This document shows, piece by piece, positions 24,084 to 37,951 of a DNA stretch of 64,000 nucleotides. Each line of letters begins with the position of its first letter. Within the stretch, counting starts at the first letter, position 1. The DNA lies in assembly GCF_006345805.1 (NCBI RefSeq), contig NC_042998.1:74338001-74402000 (forward strand), given 5' to 3'. Both the position numbers and the translations under genes were made by a program. The notes beneath the pieces were generated by a model. It was not told where the DNA came from, made no database searches, and was given only the letters and a program-made list of their open reading frames with translations. The stretch is from Octopus sinensis (taxonomy: Eukaryota).

Positions 24084-24113
24084 TGATTTTGGTGAAGTCT
24101 ATAGCAACGAAAG
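24084..24113 (+). CDS. CELF: Candidate 30-nt symmetric (phase 2-2) microexon encoding (S)DFGEVYSNE(R)
   Basis: Acceptor ttttttttttctgtttttcttctag ends at 24083. Exon reads t gat ttt ggt gaa gtc tat agc aac gaa ag. Donor AAG|GTTATT is weak. Open and frame-preserving between 17668 (or 81) and 43829. Confidence 0.45.
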
Positions 24114-26544
24114 GTTATTATAACTTTTTTCCCCTCTAACTTATACTATTAAGCAAATTTTGAATTAATATTTTTTTTAATAGGATTTTATTTTTGATGA
24201 AGATGATTTAGGCTTCAACTTTTTCTATATAAACCAGCCTTTGTTGTGTGTTCATCCTTCAGAAATCTGATTAATTTTATCCTGACTAATCTATTCTAGT
24301 TGATAAGTTGCTTATCATAAATATAATAAACAAAGACTTAACTCTAATCATATTTATATGTACAGTTTTCAACAGAAGAATTAGAGGCACACCCTGTTTA
24401 TTAAGTCTCACCAGCAAAATTATATCCATGGATTTTTGTTTTTAATGTATTGTATTCAGGATAACTTAGTTATTATCTAGTATTGACAATCCATTAGTAT
24501 TAATTATAGAAAAAGGCATTCTCATTATTTAGACCTGTTATTTTATGAAATATTCATGTATAAGAATGCTCATTTTACTATGTAGACAAAAGTTATACTT
24601 TCTTGTATCGGGCATGCTCTCACATGCACAACCTCCAGTAATCAAATATTAGTCAAACATTGCATGCTAACACCTGTACATGATGTATGGTGTATAGCTC
24701 ATGAGACACAACCTGTTATGGAGACATTGTTGTTTCTCTCCAAAGACTTGAAGACCTAATGCTAACCTCTCTTGCCAGTGTTTTGGTGAAGTCCAACAGA
24801 ACAGTCATATGTAGGTTACATACTTTCACCAGCTGATGAAGGCTGCAACAGTTGGCTACCTGCTGTTGTCCTGAATTCCTTGCTTGAACCAAGATCATGA
24901 GCAAACTAATTTGTAACAGATTCTTCCGTATAAACTAAACTACACACTGGTATCCTCCATAGATGTGGATCTTATATGAAGCCTACATGGTCTCATGGAT
25001 TTGCAATATAATATTGACTGCATGTCTTGATTTTATGTATGCTGACTGCATGTGTTCCATATAATTTGTTATGCTGGAGTTTCCTAAGAATAATAATCAG
25101 TTATAATACTTTATCATACTTAAGATATAAATTGAATGCCATATAATTTAGTGGTAGTAGATAAGTTGTCAAGACCAGGACTTGGGAAAACTTTCAATTG
25201 CGTTAGTTCTGACAAGATGTGTTTTATTTATGATACCTTATATACTTGATTATAACTGGTTTCATTGCACCATGTGTTTCTTAAGTAGTTCTTCATGATG
25301 CTATAAGGTGATTCTTCACTGACCTATCATTTAATCAACAAGCATGGCTATTTGTTTGTCCAGAAAAACTGTTCACTGCTGTTTATTTTTGTGTTTCTGT
25401 TGTAAAACTGTGTTTATGTGATTATTAGTGAGCTATCAACCCTGACAGTACAATTATTGTTAGTCCAAGCTTAACCTTCTGTTGCTTTTGTCATGCAGTG
25501 GCTATCATGCTTATACTTTCCTTATAATGTAATTCTGTGGGAATTCGGTAAACATGCTGGCCATTACCTGACAAAAGCAACATTATAGAAAGAAGTCTCT
25601 TTTATGTAATAATCACAGTTAATTGTAACGAATCGAAAATGTTTTAATTCTCAGTTAGGCATTAGAATGCTCTAAGAGAGATTTTATTGATGCATCAAAA
25701 ATTAAGATAACTGTATTTCTTAGCAGTTTAGTGCTATTTAGATATGTTACTGAATTGATGGGAACAGTAGCATTTTGCACTATTCTGACAATGGAGTACC
25801 TGTAACTCAGTGTTGAACAAACACCATAATATGCTACATTTTGGTTTTCTTGCTTTGTTCACATCATTTGCCAACACACACACACACACACACACATTTT
25901 AATACTGGTTCTAGGATTGAATCTGTTTTAAGTTCTGATAGGAACTTGAAACTGTTGGTATTGTCATAGAGCCAGTATTCAAATAAAACTACTACTCTAC
26001 TTCATAATGAAATGTATTCAGCATTTTATTGAATGTAAAAGCACATGTCCTTGTGGTTGTTGTGTTGGACCCATGAACTTGAACCTGACAGTACATTGTC
26101 TTTGTGATCAGATCACTTCATTGTCATGCTCTGCCACTCTACTCAGCTGGAATTCAACAATTTGTGCTGGTGCAGTGGGCCATGATTAGGAGGCCTGAGA
26201 AGGTGTCTTGGTCATACAAGCAGCTAAAACAGTTGACAGAAGCCTAGTACATGCTATCAAGTCATGCTTTCATGTGAATGGCTATCTGCTTAGAGTGGCC
26301 TTTTGCATTATTTAACTTAGATTGTTATAGTAGTATATGTGTGAACTTTAACCAAAATCACGTGTCCCTGATTGAAGAAGCTGTGTTGAAAGTTAAGTAA
26401 ACAAAAACACAACTTACTGTGCCTTAGGAATTCAGTATGATTGCTTTCAAAAAAAAAAAGAAGACTGATATGAAAGGAATAGTTATAGTTCAACTTCAAT
26501 AGGTGTGTTTACATTCTGATAAAGGCTCTGTAAGCTAGATTTCA

Positions 26545-26690
26545 GGTAGGGTTGTTTTGTTAAGTTTACTTCACAACTATATGCTTTGGGTTGGATTCCA
26601 CAGCCCACCAGCCTGGGTAAATGTCTTCTATTATCGTATTGGATTGATTTATAGCATGTGAAGATTTGATAAATGGAAAGTGTGTAAAAG
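26545..26690 (+). mobile_element. Degenerate tRNA-SINE
   Basis: ggttgttttgttaagtttacttcacaact...cctgggtaaatgtcttctattat...gatttgataaatggaaag. Confidence 0.5.
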
Positions 26691-27379
26691 CACATTGTTG
26701 AGTGGTAGGCTTGATTTGTTTGGTCCATTCCCACTTAGTTTTTAAACCCTGAAAATTGTGGGTACTGCCCTTTCTTCCTCTAACTTAATCCTAACAAAAA
26801 AGGAACTGTAACTTTGATTATGGGTAGAGGACTCTTTTGTCCTCCCTAGTGCTGGTGCCATAAATTCACCCCTGTTCATACTGTAAAGTAGTGGATGTTA
26901 GTGTATTTAACTGTAAGAACAGAAACAAAACAAGTGAACACAAAACCATGACATACACAATGACAATTATTCAGTTTTTCTCTGTTGCTTTGTCACAGGT
27001 GAATAAGGACTACAAGGAATATAGCGAGTCCCTATGAAGCATGATAGGAAAAAAAAAACAAAAAAGTTTTTGAATATAGACAGGAATCAAAAACCAATTG
27101 ATATTTGGAAATAAAAATATAGTTGCAAATAAGATCAGACTGGTCATCAATAGTGAAATGGATCCATAGCAGACTTGCATGGAAAACCATATTGTTTGTA
27201 GGTGTCTTGCTCAGTGTATGTAGTTAAGAGTGAATTGTGTGCTTGTTATGTATCTCTGATGGGATTTAAGCTCAACTTTCAAGTTATACATGTACTTAAC
27301 AGCATGGAAACTAATGTCAAGCGATAATAATGATGATGATGAAGCATTTCACTTATTATCCAACCTTTATTCATAGTAC

Positions 27380-28028
27380 TCTCCTCTCACTGACTTCTAA
27401 CATTAATCACTGTCAACCACATATCTCACACCTTTCCTTTATCTACTCTGTTATTCCTGTTTTATTGCTCTTCACCTCCTTTTTCTGCCCTGTCATCTTC
27501 TATCATTTCAGCTCCTCATTGGTTACATCCACCCATTTCTACAGTTGTTTCCTTCTCTTCCCTACCTGTTCCTTATTATTCACCCTTACCTCAATTGCCA
27601 AATCTTAATCTCCCTTACATCTTTAGAAACCTCTACCCACCTGCACTCTTTGTTCTCCTTTCCTCACCTCAACTTACCTTCTATCTTGAGTGTCCATTCT
27701 GATACCTCATTCAGTTATTTTATCTCTTTCCAACTCTACCCTCTTTTCTATCATCTGAGTAGCTGTATAGTTGCTCTACAGCAAGTTCTGGCTCCTCAAA
27801 GTTTCTTTCATTCTCTTAGTATAAAGCCACACCCTATCTACTGCAACTGCAAGCTGCATGGCAGCCCCACTAGTACCAGTACCACAGAAACACCTAGTAC
27901 ATGCTGTAAAGTGGTTGGTGTTAGGAAAACCATAGAAACCATACCAAAACAGACATTGGAGCATGATGTGGTCCTTGAACCTGTTGCATCCTACCAAACT
28001 CATGAAACATGGATGTTAAATGATGAGG
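27380..28028 (+). mobile_element. RTE 3' UTR remnant (CT-rich segment plus tail)
   Basis: CT-rich block, then cagtaccacagaaacacc...gtggttggtgttaggaa...catggatgttaaatgatga. Confidence 0.6.
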
Positions 28029-28625
28029 ATTGTGTGTGTGTGGGGGGGGGTCTTAATTTACAAGGCTGGTACTTGGGAATATGAAAGGCAATATTACTGT
28101 TTACTTAAAAATTTTAAGTTTAATTAAATGATTTATTATGTAGGTCACCATAATAGTCCAAATGTTGTGCATATTTTGATCAAGTATATAGCTTTCTTAT
28201 AACGCCCCCCCCCCAATAACATTTTAGTTATGTTTCCTACAACTTAGTTCACACTAATATATTGCCACTTCATTTGTATAACTGACATGCATTCCTCCTT
28301 TGATGGTTTTATATATACTGCTGTTACTTTGTAGATGGTTACACACACACACACTGCTGTTGCATATACCCATCTTATCTCTTTAGATGTGCATATACAT
28401 ATCTTCATTTCCTTGCGTTAGATATATACTCACTGCTATAGTTCTCCACTTTGACATATATACACTGTTGGTGTATATACACTTGCCGACCCTCTTTATA
28501 GGAACATATATGTTTTCTGTTGTCTCCCCTTGAATGAATACATACACACAGTTGTTGTAGGCTGCATCACAAAACATGGATTTCTTAGAGATAGACGTGT
28601 GGGTATAGTTTTGACTAGAGTATTG

Positions 28626-29002
28626 TTAACCCTTTAGTATTTAAACTGGCCATATCCGGCCAAAATATTTAATCTGTTTTATGTTCAAACTGACCAGATC
28701 CAGGCTCTCACATCTACCCTACAATGTTATTCTACATTAAGTAATTGCACCATCAAGATCTTGAAGATATAGGATAATCATCATCATCATCATCGTTTAG
28801 CGTCCGTTTTCCATGCTAGCATGGGTTGGACGGTTCAACTGGGGTCTGTGTAGCTAGAAGGCTTCATCAGGCCCAGTCAGATCTGGCAGTGTTTCTACGG
28901 CTGGATGCCCTTCCTAACGCCAAATAATGCATAATTAATTCAAATCAATGTGAATCAATAAGCATTATGTTTAACAGAATAATCTGAACACTAAAGGGTT
29001 AA
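28626..29002 (-). mobile_element. TTAA-flanked (piggyBac-type) MITE with nested RTE 3' end
   Basis: TTAACCCTTTAGT ... ACTAAAGGGTTAA termini; the body is the reverse complement of 44352-44579. Confidence 0.9.
28779..28923 (-). mobile_element. Heavily 5'-truncated RTE LINE with 5-bp TSD ATAAT
   Basis: (CAT)n tail, cgtccgttttccatgctagcatgggttggacgg...ggatgcccttcctaacgccaa; ATAAT at 28774-28778 and 28924-28928. Confidence 0.9.
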
Positions 29003-32000
29003 AGGATGTTGCTCCCATACATACCTTCTGTTCTTATGACACAAGATTTAAGATGGCACAAATCCTGTCAACAGGTTTGTTTTATATTGTAGCCAAAGTC
29101 ATTTGTAAATTCTTATCCGCGAACCACATTTTCATACCATCCTTCTATTTCTCTAATAGCCCCTATTCTGTGTAATCCCTTTTTTCTTTTATTCTTGTTA
29201 CAGGTCTATTAACTTGTATTAAGTTGTGAAATTCTGTTCTGTAGTTTGTAAGAAACTGGTCAAATGTCTGGCTGTGATGGTGACCTACATTCAGCATTCC
29301 AGATATTTTATGCTTCCTGGAATATTGGTCAATGTGTTCAGTGTTGTATTTTCTATCATTCAGCCAATGTTCTAACTGTAAATGTCTCCATGTGTTTTCT
29401 AATATACATACTATATTCAGAATTGTCTTCTATAATGATTTCCTTCTTTCATTTGTCTTTTGTTGTTATTTCTAACAATTCAGTTTAGCCTCACTATCTG
29501 TCAAACTGTCTCTTCATATTTCTCAATAAAAGGACAGAAGAATTAAGAAAACCCTTAAAATTGTTTTGTGAAACTTCTTTCAGAAAGCAATGAAAATGTT
29601 ATATATGTTTTCATTGCTGTCAGATGTTTAGCTCAAAGCTTTCCCCAATTAAGCAGATTCAGCCATGATCATTAAAAAAAAAAATTTTTATAGATATTGA
29701 GGCCTGCTTGTCTGATTTCTCCTTTATTATTAAGATTGTGGGATGTAATTTGAAGGAACAGAAGTCTCAATATAGCCAAGCAACTACATTTGAGTCTACT
29801 GCTGCCAGTTTTAATGAATCTTTAATGCCTAGACCATGTTTATCCTAGTTTTAATCATATTCTTGTGTGATATAGGCGGTTACTAAAATGTATCAGAAAA
29901 GGCAATTAACCTTTAAATCATCACCTCAAAATGTACTGTTCAAGTGCTGTCAGCTTTGTAAACATTAAAATGGTGATAATGCTTATTGCTCTTTTCATTT
30001 GTTTATTTATTTCAAATGTGCCATGCAAAGTTCAACCAGATTTCTCTTAGAAATTTACCAGAGCTGAGCTATTTTGTGATGAAAGTTAATAATCTTCATT
30101 TTAAATAGAATTGAGTTAAACAAAATTTTGTTTCACTATTATGGTTTCAAGAACCTCAGCTATTAGTATCTAAACCACACTCAAAATGTTCTTTGATAAA
30201 CTTTCCTCCCAAGATTACCAATGCATTACTGTTGATGTCAAGTAGCTTTTAATACAAGAATATTTACTTATGTTCTTATTGAAATTGCTTAGCACTATGC
30301 TATTTCTATATTTTGCTCTCTTGAACAATCAGAATTGTACCATTGCTACTGAGTAGTTATATGAGCTAAAGATAATGGGATAAGTAGTTAAGACGAACCA
30401 TAATTAAAATGTAACATTATTTTCAGTCAGACTTTTTAATTGCAGCAACAAATTTTTTTTTTATTACACTAATACAAATTCTATTTAAAATATAACTTAG
30501 AGAGAAAATATTAGTTTTAACAATCATTAAATTTCACATTGAAATATTTTTTTCTTTGTTGTTGAAAGACTAATTCTAATGTTAGATTTTTATAATTAAT
30601 GAGAAGATTGATACTTTGAGAAATTTGATTTTAAGACTATTTAGTGATGAATTAATTATAAATAATGAAACTTACTCTTAGTATAATTCTCTTTGGTGTA
30701 TTGTTCTTTTTATATTTGTTATATTGATATGTTGATGTTAGGAACTTAATTTCGTGTGTGTGTGTGTGTGTGGTAAAGCATTGCAAGGCTGATATAAAGA
30801 ACAATTCTCCAAATAATTTCTGTTTTATGCTATTTTAGATTGCCTCAGTGATTTCACTTCCTAAGCAGTTCCTCACTATCTCTAGCAGTGTTTCTGTATG
30901 TCAATGCCAGTATTTTTAAGGGTTTGGTGGAGAAGTAGAATCTGTGCTGTGACCTTAGCAGGCTCTCTGAAATCAGTGAGATCAGACAGTTGATTCTCTC
31001 TTGAACAAAACTGAAAATTGACATCTGCAGGAAAAAACTTGAGCTGAGTGAGAATTCTTGAGAGTTGATATTTTGAGGAGGAAGAATTAGGTGATCAGAG
31101 GTTACTGTTGTAGCAGTTAAAAAACAAGAACGAGGGGGCAGTTTGTTTGTAGGTTAAAGATTTGATCATCCAGATGTGCTTTTTGTAAGAAGGCAGCATA
31201 GCATGTCTACTAGCTGCAGCATTGCATTGTGGGTCTCATTTGAGCTTTATATAGGGTTAGTACCTGTTAAGAACAGGAGTACTCGGAAGTGGAAGGCCAG
31301 TTGTTATGTTGAGAATGAGAGATTGATGAGATGATAAATGATGGTTAAGACTTACAGTTTTGCTGCTCTATTCATTTTAAACTTACACAGTAGTTTGTTT
31401 ATATTATCTCTTTCATAATCCATTGATTTGTCTCCTTACCTGTTTAGCTTATCCACTTGCACAATGTGTCCACAGCATTATAACTTACTTAATAGTGTCC
31501 TACCTCTCAGTGTTTTCTAAGAATATATTTAATGAAATAATTTTGATGCATATTTGTGCAACTTGTGTTAACCATTCAGAAATGTGGAGTATATTTTCAC
31601 GACCCCACTTTTTTTATTTTTAGATTTTTAATTAATATTTGCTAAAGATTAAAAAGCTGGAAACTTTTAAATAAATAGATATTAAACATGCATAGTAAAC
31701 TTAACTGGGAAATATGCATTATTTAATTACTCATCCTGCCTAATGTATTAAATACACAGCACACTCATTTTACCTCATATGTATGTGTTGTTTGCTTTTG
31801 ATTGTCGATTCATAACTTAGACTTTTATTGGTTGAATTCTGTTAGAAGTCTTTATAGAGATGATTAAGACAGCTGTATAATCTCACTTCCTTGCTTGGCT
31901 TCTCCTAGCACTTGTACCATCCAAACAAGTCAGTCTTGGCTCTGCTAGTTCTTATCTGACAGTTTTAGTACTGACTCCCATTACAGTAGCCTAATCACAC

Positions 32001-32598
32001 CAAAAAATTCTCTAGAGAAAACAAGCTAATTGAAAAACATTGTTTGCCTTTAAAAAGACTTCATTTTAAATTCACTGTGGTTGGTCTTTGAATTATTATA
32101 CTGTTGTTTTGTTATTATTTGCAACAGTGTTGGTTATATACACATAACAGAGGCCAGCAAGTGTAATCATTTTAGTTTACTTATGCACAACATGACATTG
32201 GGATTTTTGTGATTTTTACTTAAACCTATCCTTTTAACACACATACATGCATGTGCTCATACAAACTGTTATTTCCAATGCACACACATAAAAATTGATA
32301 TGGATATATTTTACATAGTACACTGAAAAGTAAGTTAATGATGTGAATCAGAGAAACCATGCCAAAAATCAAATATAAATGTGAAATATATACAAGAAAC
32401 ATCATTGCTTGACAGCCATCTAAGAGGGTAGTAATTCTGAAAAAGTCTTGATACAGAATAAAGTTGTAAATTTTTGCAGCACAAATACACTTACTGCCTA
32501 CTGGATCAGTAAAAAAGATGCAATTGCACCATACTGTTTACAACACACAAAAGCTAGGTGAGAAAACACTAGTGGACAACCTATCTAGTACTCTATAT

Positions 32599-34162
32599 TA
32601 GTGGTTTCCTACCTCTTTTAGAGCATTCTTCCCAGCCCACTTCCAGAATCTTAAATTTTTCTGTGGGTCCCACTAGATAATGTTACTGCGAAAAGTCATT
32701 CTATTTTGTAATGAATGGCTAATAGAAACAGCTTACTTTTCAAAAAAGAAAAAGTTAAAATATTTGTTAAAATTATCACATAATAATGAAAATTTAAATA
32801 TTGTTTTAAATTTGTTTTATTATCATGAGAGTTATTTAATAATTGATAATTTGCAATGAAAACAATTTTTGAACAAATATTTATAATAAACATTTGAAAA
32901 ATAATTTTTTCTCAGAGGTGGTCTGTTTCCTACCATTAACATAATAAAATTCATAAAAATATCAGTTCTTTTAAGTGCACTTTTATTCTTCTCTATTAGC
33001 TTCATAAAAAGAAGAAAAAAAAAAGTGGTTTCCATAGAACAACGATTTATAAATCATACATTATTTTTTCTGATATAACATGCATAACAAAAAACTGCTG
33101 ATACCCAGAAATAACTTCTGAACAATGGTTACTTTTTGAGAACAAAAATGTAATCGTTCAAAGAAGGAAAAGAAAAATGTTAGCTTTTTACTGTATTTAT
33201 TCAGTGGGGGTCCTTATGGCTGATGCTGTTTTATATATTTTCTACTATGAGGGTACATGGGCTGATAGAGAGCAACATAAATCACATCTGCTTACAATTG
33301 CTAAACAATTGTAAGCTTTTGAGAGCAAGAAAGACAATGAAATATAATCTTGTTCACAAGTTGAATCCTGATTAAATTTAGCTTCTGCAATTGGATTACC
33401 CAGCAACTTAAACTTTTCTTATAGCATGATATTCGCATTGGCTACGTTTGTCTCAACTGGATCTATCATCCAACTTGGAATGTTCGTTTCCTAGAGATCT
33501 TTAGATCTAATTTCTGTATCATTGTGCAATGTACACTTAAATATCAACCTCTTTTAGTGCCCCTTAAATAGTGGCAAGCACTTGCGAATGCATCAACCCT
33601 TTATGCCCAATATCTATTTTGAATAGATGAAGCTTTTCAAGGAAAGTTTTAGTAGCCTCTTTGTAAATTTAAAGATTTGTATATCGATGAAGTGTCAAAT
33701 GAGTTCAGTTTTTTCATCATGATGGAAATCAAGATGTAGAAAATGCATTTGTTATAATGATTTAACGTCTACTTTCCATGCTGGCTTGGGTTGGACAGTT
33801 TAACAGGAACTGGCAAGCCAGAAGACTGCACCAGGCCCCACTGTCTTGTTTTGGCATGGTTTATACAGTCGGATGCTGATTTTAATGCCAACCACCTTAG
33901 AGTGGATTGAGTGCTTTTTACAAAGCACTAATACTAGTGAGGTCTGCTTTGGCATCGTTTTTATTGTTAGATGCCCTTTTTATGCCAGCCACTTTACAAA
34001 GTGGTTTGGGTGTGTAAATTTAAAGAATTACAGTAGTAGAAAATTTTAAGAATAAGCTGTTGTATTTGTGTCCCCCTTTATTTAGCATATAACTTAACCC
34101 TTTACCCAAATATTTTTGTGGACCCACTGAACTCTGCCATGACCCTAGATTAGGAAACACTG
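32599..34162 (-). mobile_element. Decayed hAT-Charlie/Buster-type DNA transposon
   Basis: TIRs tagtggtttcctac / ttaggaaacactg; 8-bp TSD ctctatat / ctctacat. Minus-strand peptide ETNIPSWMIDPVETNVANANIML (around 33459-33482) resembles the Charlie-type transposase C-terminal region. Confidence 0.75.
33754..34010 (-). mobile_element. RTE 3' end nested within the hAT element
   Basis: atgatttaacgtctactttccatgctggcttgggttggacag...aatgccaaccacc. Confidence 0.75.
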
Positions 34163-34350
34163 CTCTACATAATTAGGCCACAAAAATAGATGATTAATGA
34201 CAGAAGCCATACTAATGGTAGTAGCTGAATGTGTTTGTTATTGAGGTGACTTGTTAAGCAGTAGAAGCATGTATATTAGCAGTATTGTAGTGAGTGGTAA
34301 AAGTTCAGGAAGTTATTTAACTGGCTGCTAACAAAGTGTTTCTACTAAGT

Positions 34351-34690
34351 ATGACATTCCATGGTTGTGAAACATGAGTCTTGAATGCTGAAGATTTTGT
34401 AATGGCTAGAAAGAATTAACATGGACATGTTTACAATATGTAGTGTTAGTGTGCCTGAATTGCTGAGCTTAAATGAAATGAAGGAAAAACAGGATAAACA
34501 ATTTGAAGTAGCCCAAAGAGGAAGTGTGCACTTGTACAGGCATGTAATTATGATGGAGAACAACTGATATATAAGATGCTGAATACTCAGTGGATGGAAC
34601 AATTCTTGGTAGACATGGGATAAAGTAGTGAAGCCTGATCTCAAGATGCTGGCTGAACCTCAGAGAGAAGATAGCCAGGGATCAGTATAA
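34351..34690 (+). mobile_element. RTE LINE ORF C-terminal remnant
   Basis: MTFHGCET*VLNAED ... WDKVVKPDLKML, homologous to the minus-strand copy at 55100-55400. Confidence 0.7.
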
Positions 34691-34779
34691 TTTTTGTTGT
34701 TGGAGAAAATTTGCCTTGCTTGTACAGCTATGGTTATGGTGATCCATGCATTGAAGTGAATGTAGGAACGGAAGCTAAA

Positions 34780-34835
<56 letters not shown>

Positions 34836-37149
34836 TTATACATTAATGTTTGTGTGAAGCCTCCATCTGCTGCTCTCTAACTCATCTCTGTCTCACTGTA
34901 TTTTCCTATTCTCTCTACTGTTTTTAGGATATTGAAGGGTTGTTTTGGATTTGTGTATAGTCAAGTGCCCTCTACCATCTCTCTCATCATAATAGTTGGA
35001 TAGCAAGGAGGTCTTTATTCTTTCATCCTTCTGTATAGCTAGCCATCAGTTACTCTCCTTTAGGCTAGTTATTGACATCCATTACTCTGTTTTTCTATCA
35101 TCCCTCTCTATGGTTATCTTACAAGCCTATTGTGGCCATCATTACCCCTTTCCATTACTGTCTGTTTTACTCCTCTTGTATTGACTTTTCCATTACTCCT
35201 TTATTTACCACCTATTCACTGTTCTCCCCTTCCACCATACTCTTGCTTCTTTCAACCCCTTCACCATAGTTCAGCTGTCACTACCCTCTTGGTTACATTG
35301 CTTTGAGTGACTAGAGACCAATATTCAATAGTAAGGTACAATCCTATCCACTCTCTAGCGGTTGTTGATGCCACAAAATGCACCCAGTACTGGCTGTAAT
35401 GTTGTTTGTGAATGAGATGGGATGAGAGCATCTTTTAGTCTTGTCAAAAACTTGACAACTGCTGTGTTGGTACTATAATGAAATGCATCCAGTATGCTTT
35501 GTAAAGTGGTTGTTAGGAATGGCAGCCAGCCAGAGAAATGAAGTGGGAAGTGAAACACGAGTGTGATATTGTCTTCCAACCTGTCTAAGAAGGTACTAAT
35601 TGTTAATAAGAAATGACAACATACTCCATGTCAACATGGAAAGTGATATAAAATGATCAGTCCATCACCACATTCCACACATGCCAGTACATGCTGCGTG
35701 GCTGGTTTGTTGGCTAACCAGTAATTCCCATGTGGCTACCCTGGCGAGGAGGGTTGATAGGAACCCAGCTTAGTCATCAGCTGTCTTAGGAATAGGTCAC
35801 TGCAGTGTATGTGATGTTGGCATTTAAAAAAATACTCTTGCTAACCTGTTGGCCTAGCACTTAAATATCAGGTACAGGATAACTCACCTCATGAATAGAT
35901 AGTTGCCTTCTGGTCTTAGCTGACAAAGTGTAGGATATAGAAAACACTCAGAAGACTTCTATTTGTGTGTGTACATACATACATGTATGAAGGTATAGAA
36001 AAACAAACAAACCATATTTGTGTTTGCATCTGCAGTAAAACTACTTGGAGAAAGGATACTCAACCACTACCAGCTAGATTTCCTGTTATTGGAAAGTCTT
36101 GTAGAAAGGCCTGTGACATGAATTATGCAGCTGAAGTGGTTTTCTATTGTTTGGCTCTTGTCTCTGAATATTTAATTATGAAAGCCTAGAGAGTGGCATT
36201 CAAGTTGTACAAGCATACATTACTATAATCCAATGATGTACTGTAACCTTATTTTCTCATTGTGTTCATTTTTATTTTAAACAATAAACAATGTAATAAT
36301 CTAGCAATCATATATTATCATCGTCATTTTCAAGTCCTCTATGCTGGCACATGTTGGATAGGCCATCACAGTTTGATTAATCTCCTACTGGTAATTGCTG
36401 ACCGATGTTCCATCATCATTTTTTGGTTTCTACAGCTGGTTGCCCTATCACCAAACACTTTATGGAGTGTACTGGGTGTATTTTTTATTGCAATAATAGT
36501 AAGTAGGTTGAATATAAGGAACTCAAAACCTTCTGCTCAATTTACCACTCATGTTTAAATGGTATGCTGGGGACATTTTCTGGCATCAATACCAGGTTGT
36601 CTCATTTACCCATCACTTTGCCAGAACAAGTCCTTGGCTGGCACCTTTACATGAAGTGTCATGTCTTGTGCACAGGATAATGTAGAAAGTATTCAGTGCT
36701 GAAACCTGTATATCAAGGCGGGAGAATGAAGCTAGTAGTGGGTAAGAGGAGTAAGTACCACAAGTAAATAATCTAGTGTTTTTACATATGCCCAGTTGAC
36801 CGAAGAAGGAGTTAGAAGAGAGAGTGCTGATGCCTGAAGGGCCTGATTGGAAGGAAGGATCAGTGGTATGAAGTAAAAGTGGGTGGGATAAGATAAAGAT
36901 TCAGTGAAGGGTATAACAGAAGTTATCTTAGGAAGGGAGAAGAGCAGAGAAGGTAAGAAAGATGCAGTTGAGAAGAGGAATTATTGAGATGGCTCAATAC
37001 AGTCTCTTGTACATGGGCCTAGCAAAAGTAATGGGATAGACCAGTTGCAGCCTGTTATGCATAAGCCTGGTGGGGAATGATGAGGACTAACATGTTCTCT
37101 TATGAATCATCTGTATTTGTTTATATACGGTTATTCATTGAAGCAGATT

Positions 37150-37316
37150 TCCTACGTATTTCACATGCACATATGATGGCCTTCCTTTAGCTTCCATCTC
37201 TCAAGTCCATTTAGAGCTTTGGCCGATCTGGGGTTACATCGTCTACGGTATCATGAGGTGAGGCTGAAGCTGAGACCATGTGGTTGGAAATGAACTTCTT
37301 AAGCCATACCTGTGTC
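37150..37316 (-). mobile_element. Degenerate tRNA-SINE head, antisense
   Basis: Reverse complement reads ggtatggcttaagaagttcatttccaaccacatggtctcagcttcagcc. Confidence 0.5.
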
Positions 37317-37362
37317 TTGCATATGTATATATTGTGTGTTTGTGTATATAAATGTATGTACA

Positions 37363-37455
37363 GTAAGACACTTGTAAGAGAAATGTCTAGAGCAGTGACT
37401 CTCTGTTTATCTGGCTTTCAGTGATCTAACAAAAGTGTTTGACACTGTGGATAGA
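37363..37455 (+). mobile_element. RTE reverse transcriptase fragment
   Basis: VRHL*EKCLEQ*LSVYLAFSDLTKVFDTVDR matches the RTE RT motif RQLQEKCxEQ...F.DLTKAFDTV.R. Confidence 0.75.
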
Positions 37456-37951
37456 AATGTGAACCTCTTTTCCTTTACTGCATTTGGACTTAGGATAAGT
37501 CTGAAGAAAATTTAGGTGGTATTTATAGCTGTTTTGAGGTGAACCATTTGTTGAACTAAATATTTAAAATTTGCAAAAAGTATACTTGACACAGTCACAT
37601 TTACCAGCGAGATATTCTTAAAAGTTACCAAATAATAAAGAAAATCTTTTTTCAGAAAAGCGGACTCACCTTTTGGAATGAAGCATTTATGTTGTGACTG
37701 CTTTCATTGATGCTTGTTATAAGATAATGTGTATAAGGGAAGTTGTTGATATATCAGTCATCATTTAATGCTCCTATTCTATGTTGACATGGGTTTGCCA
37801 GGATCTAGCGAGCTGCAGGGCTACATTGAAATCTAGTGTCTGCTTTGGCATGGTTTCCTTATATATATATATATATATATAATCATCATATATATATATA
37901 TATGAGTGTGTGTATATACATGTATATATATGTGTGTGTATATATATATAT

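Noticed and set aside
24833-24876. Hammerhead-ribozyme-like core CTGATGA...stem...GAA
   Set aside because: A stem II can be drawn, but GAAA is GAAT and I could not form stems I and III with a valid cleavage triplet. At most a dead Penelope-type relic.
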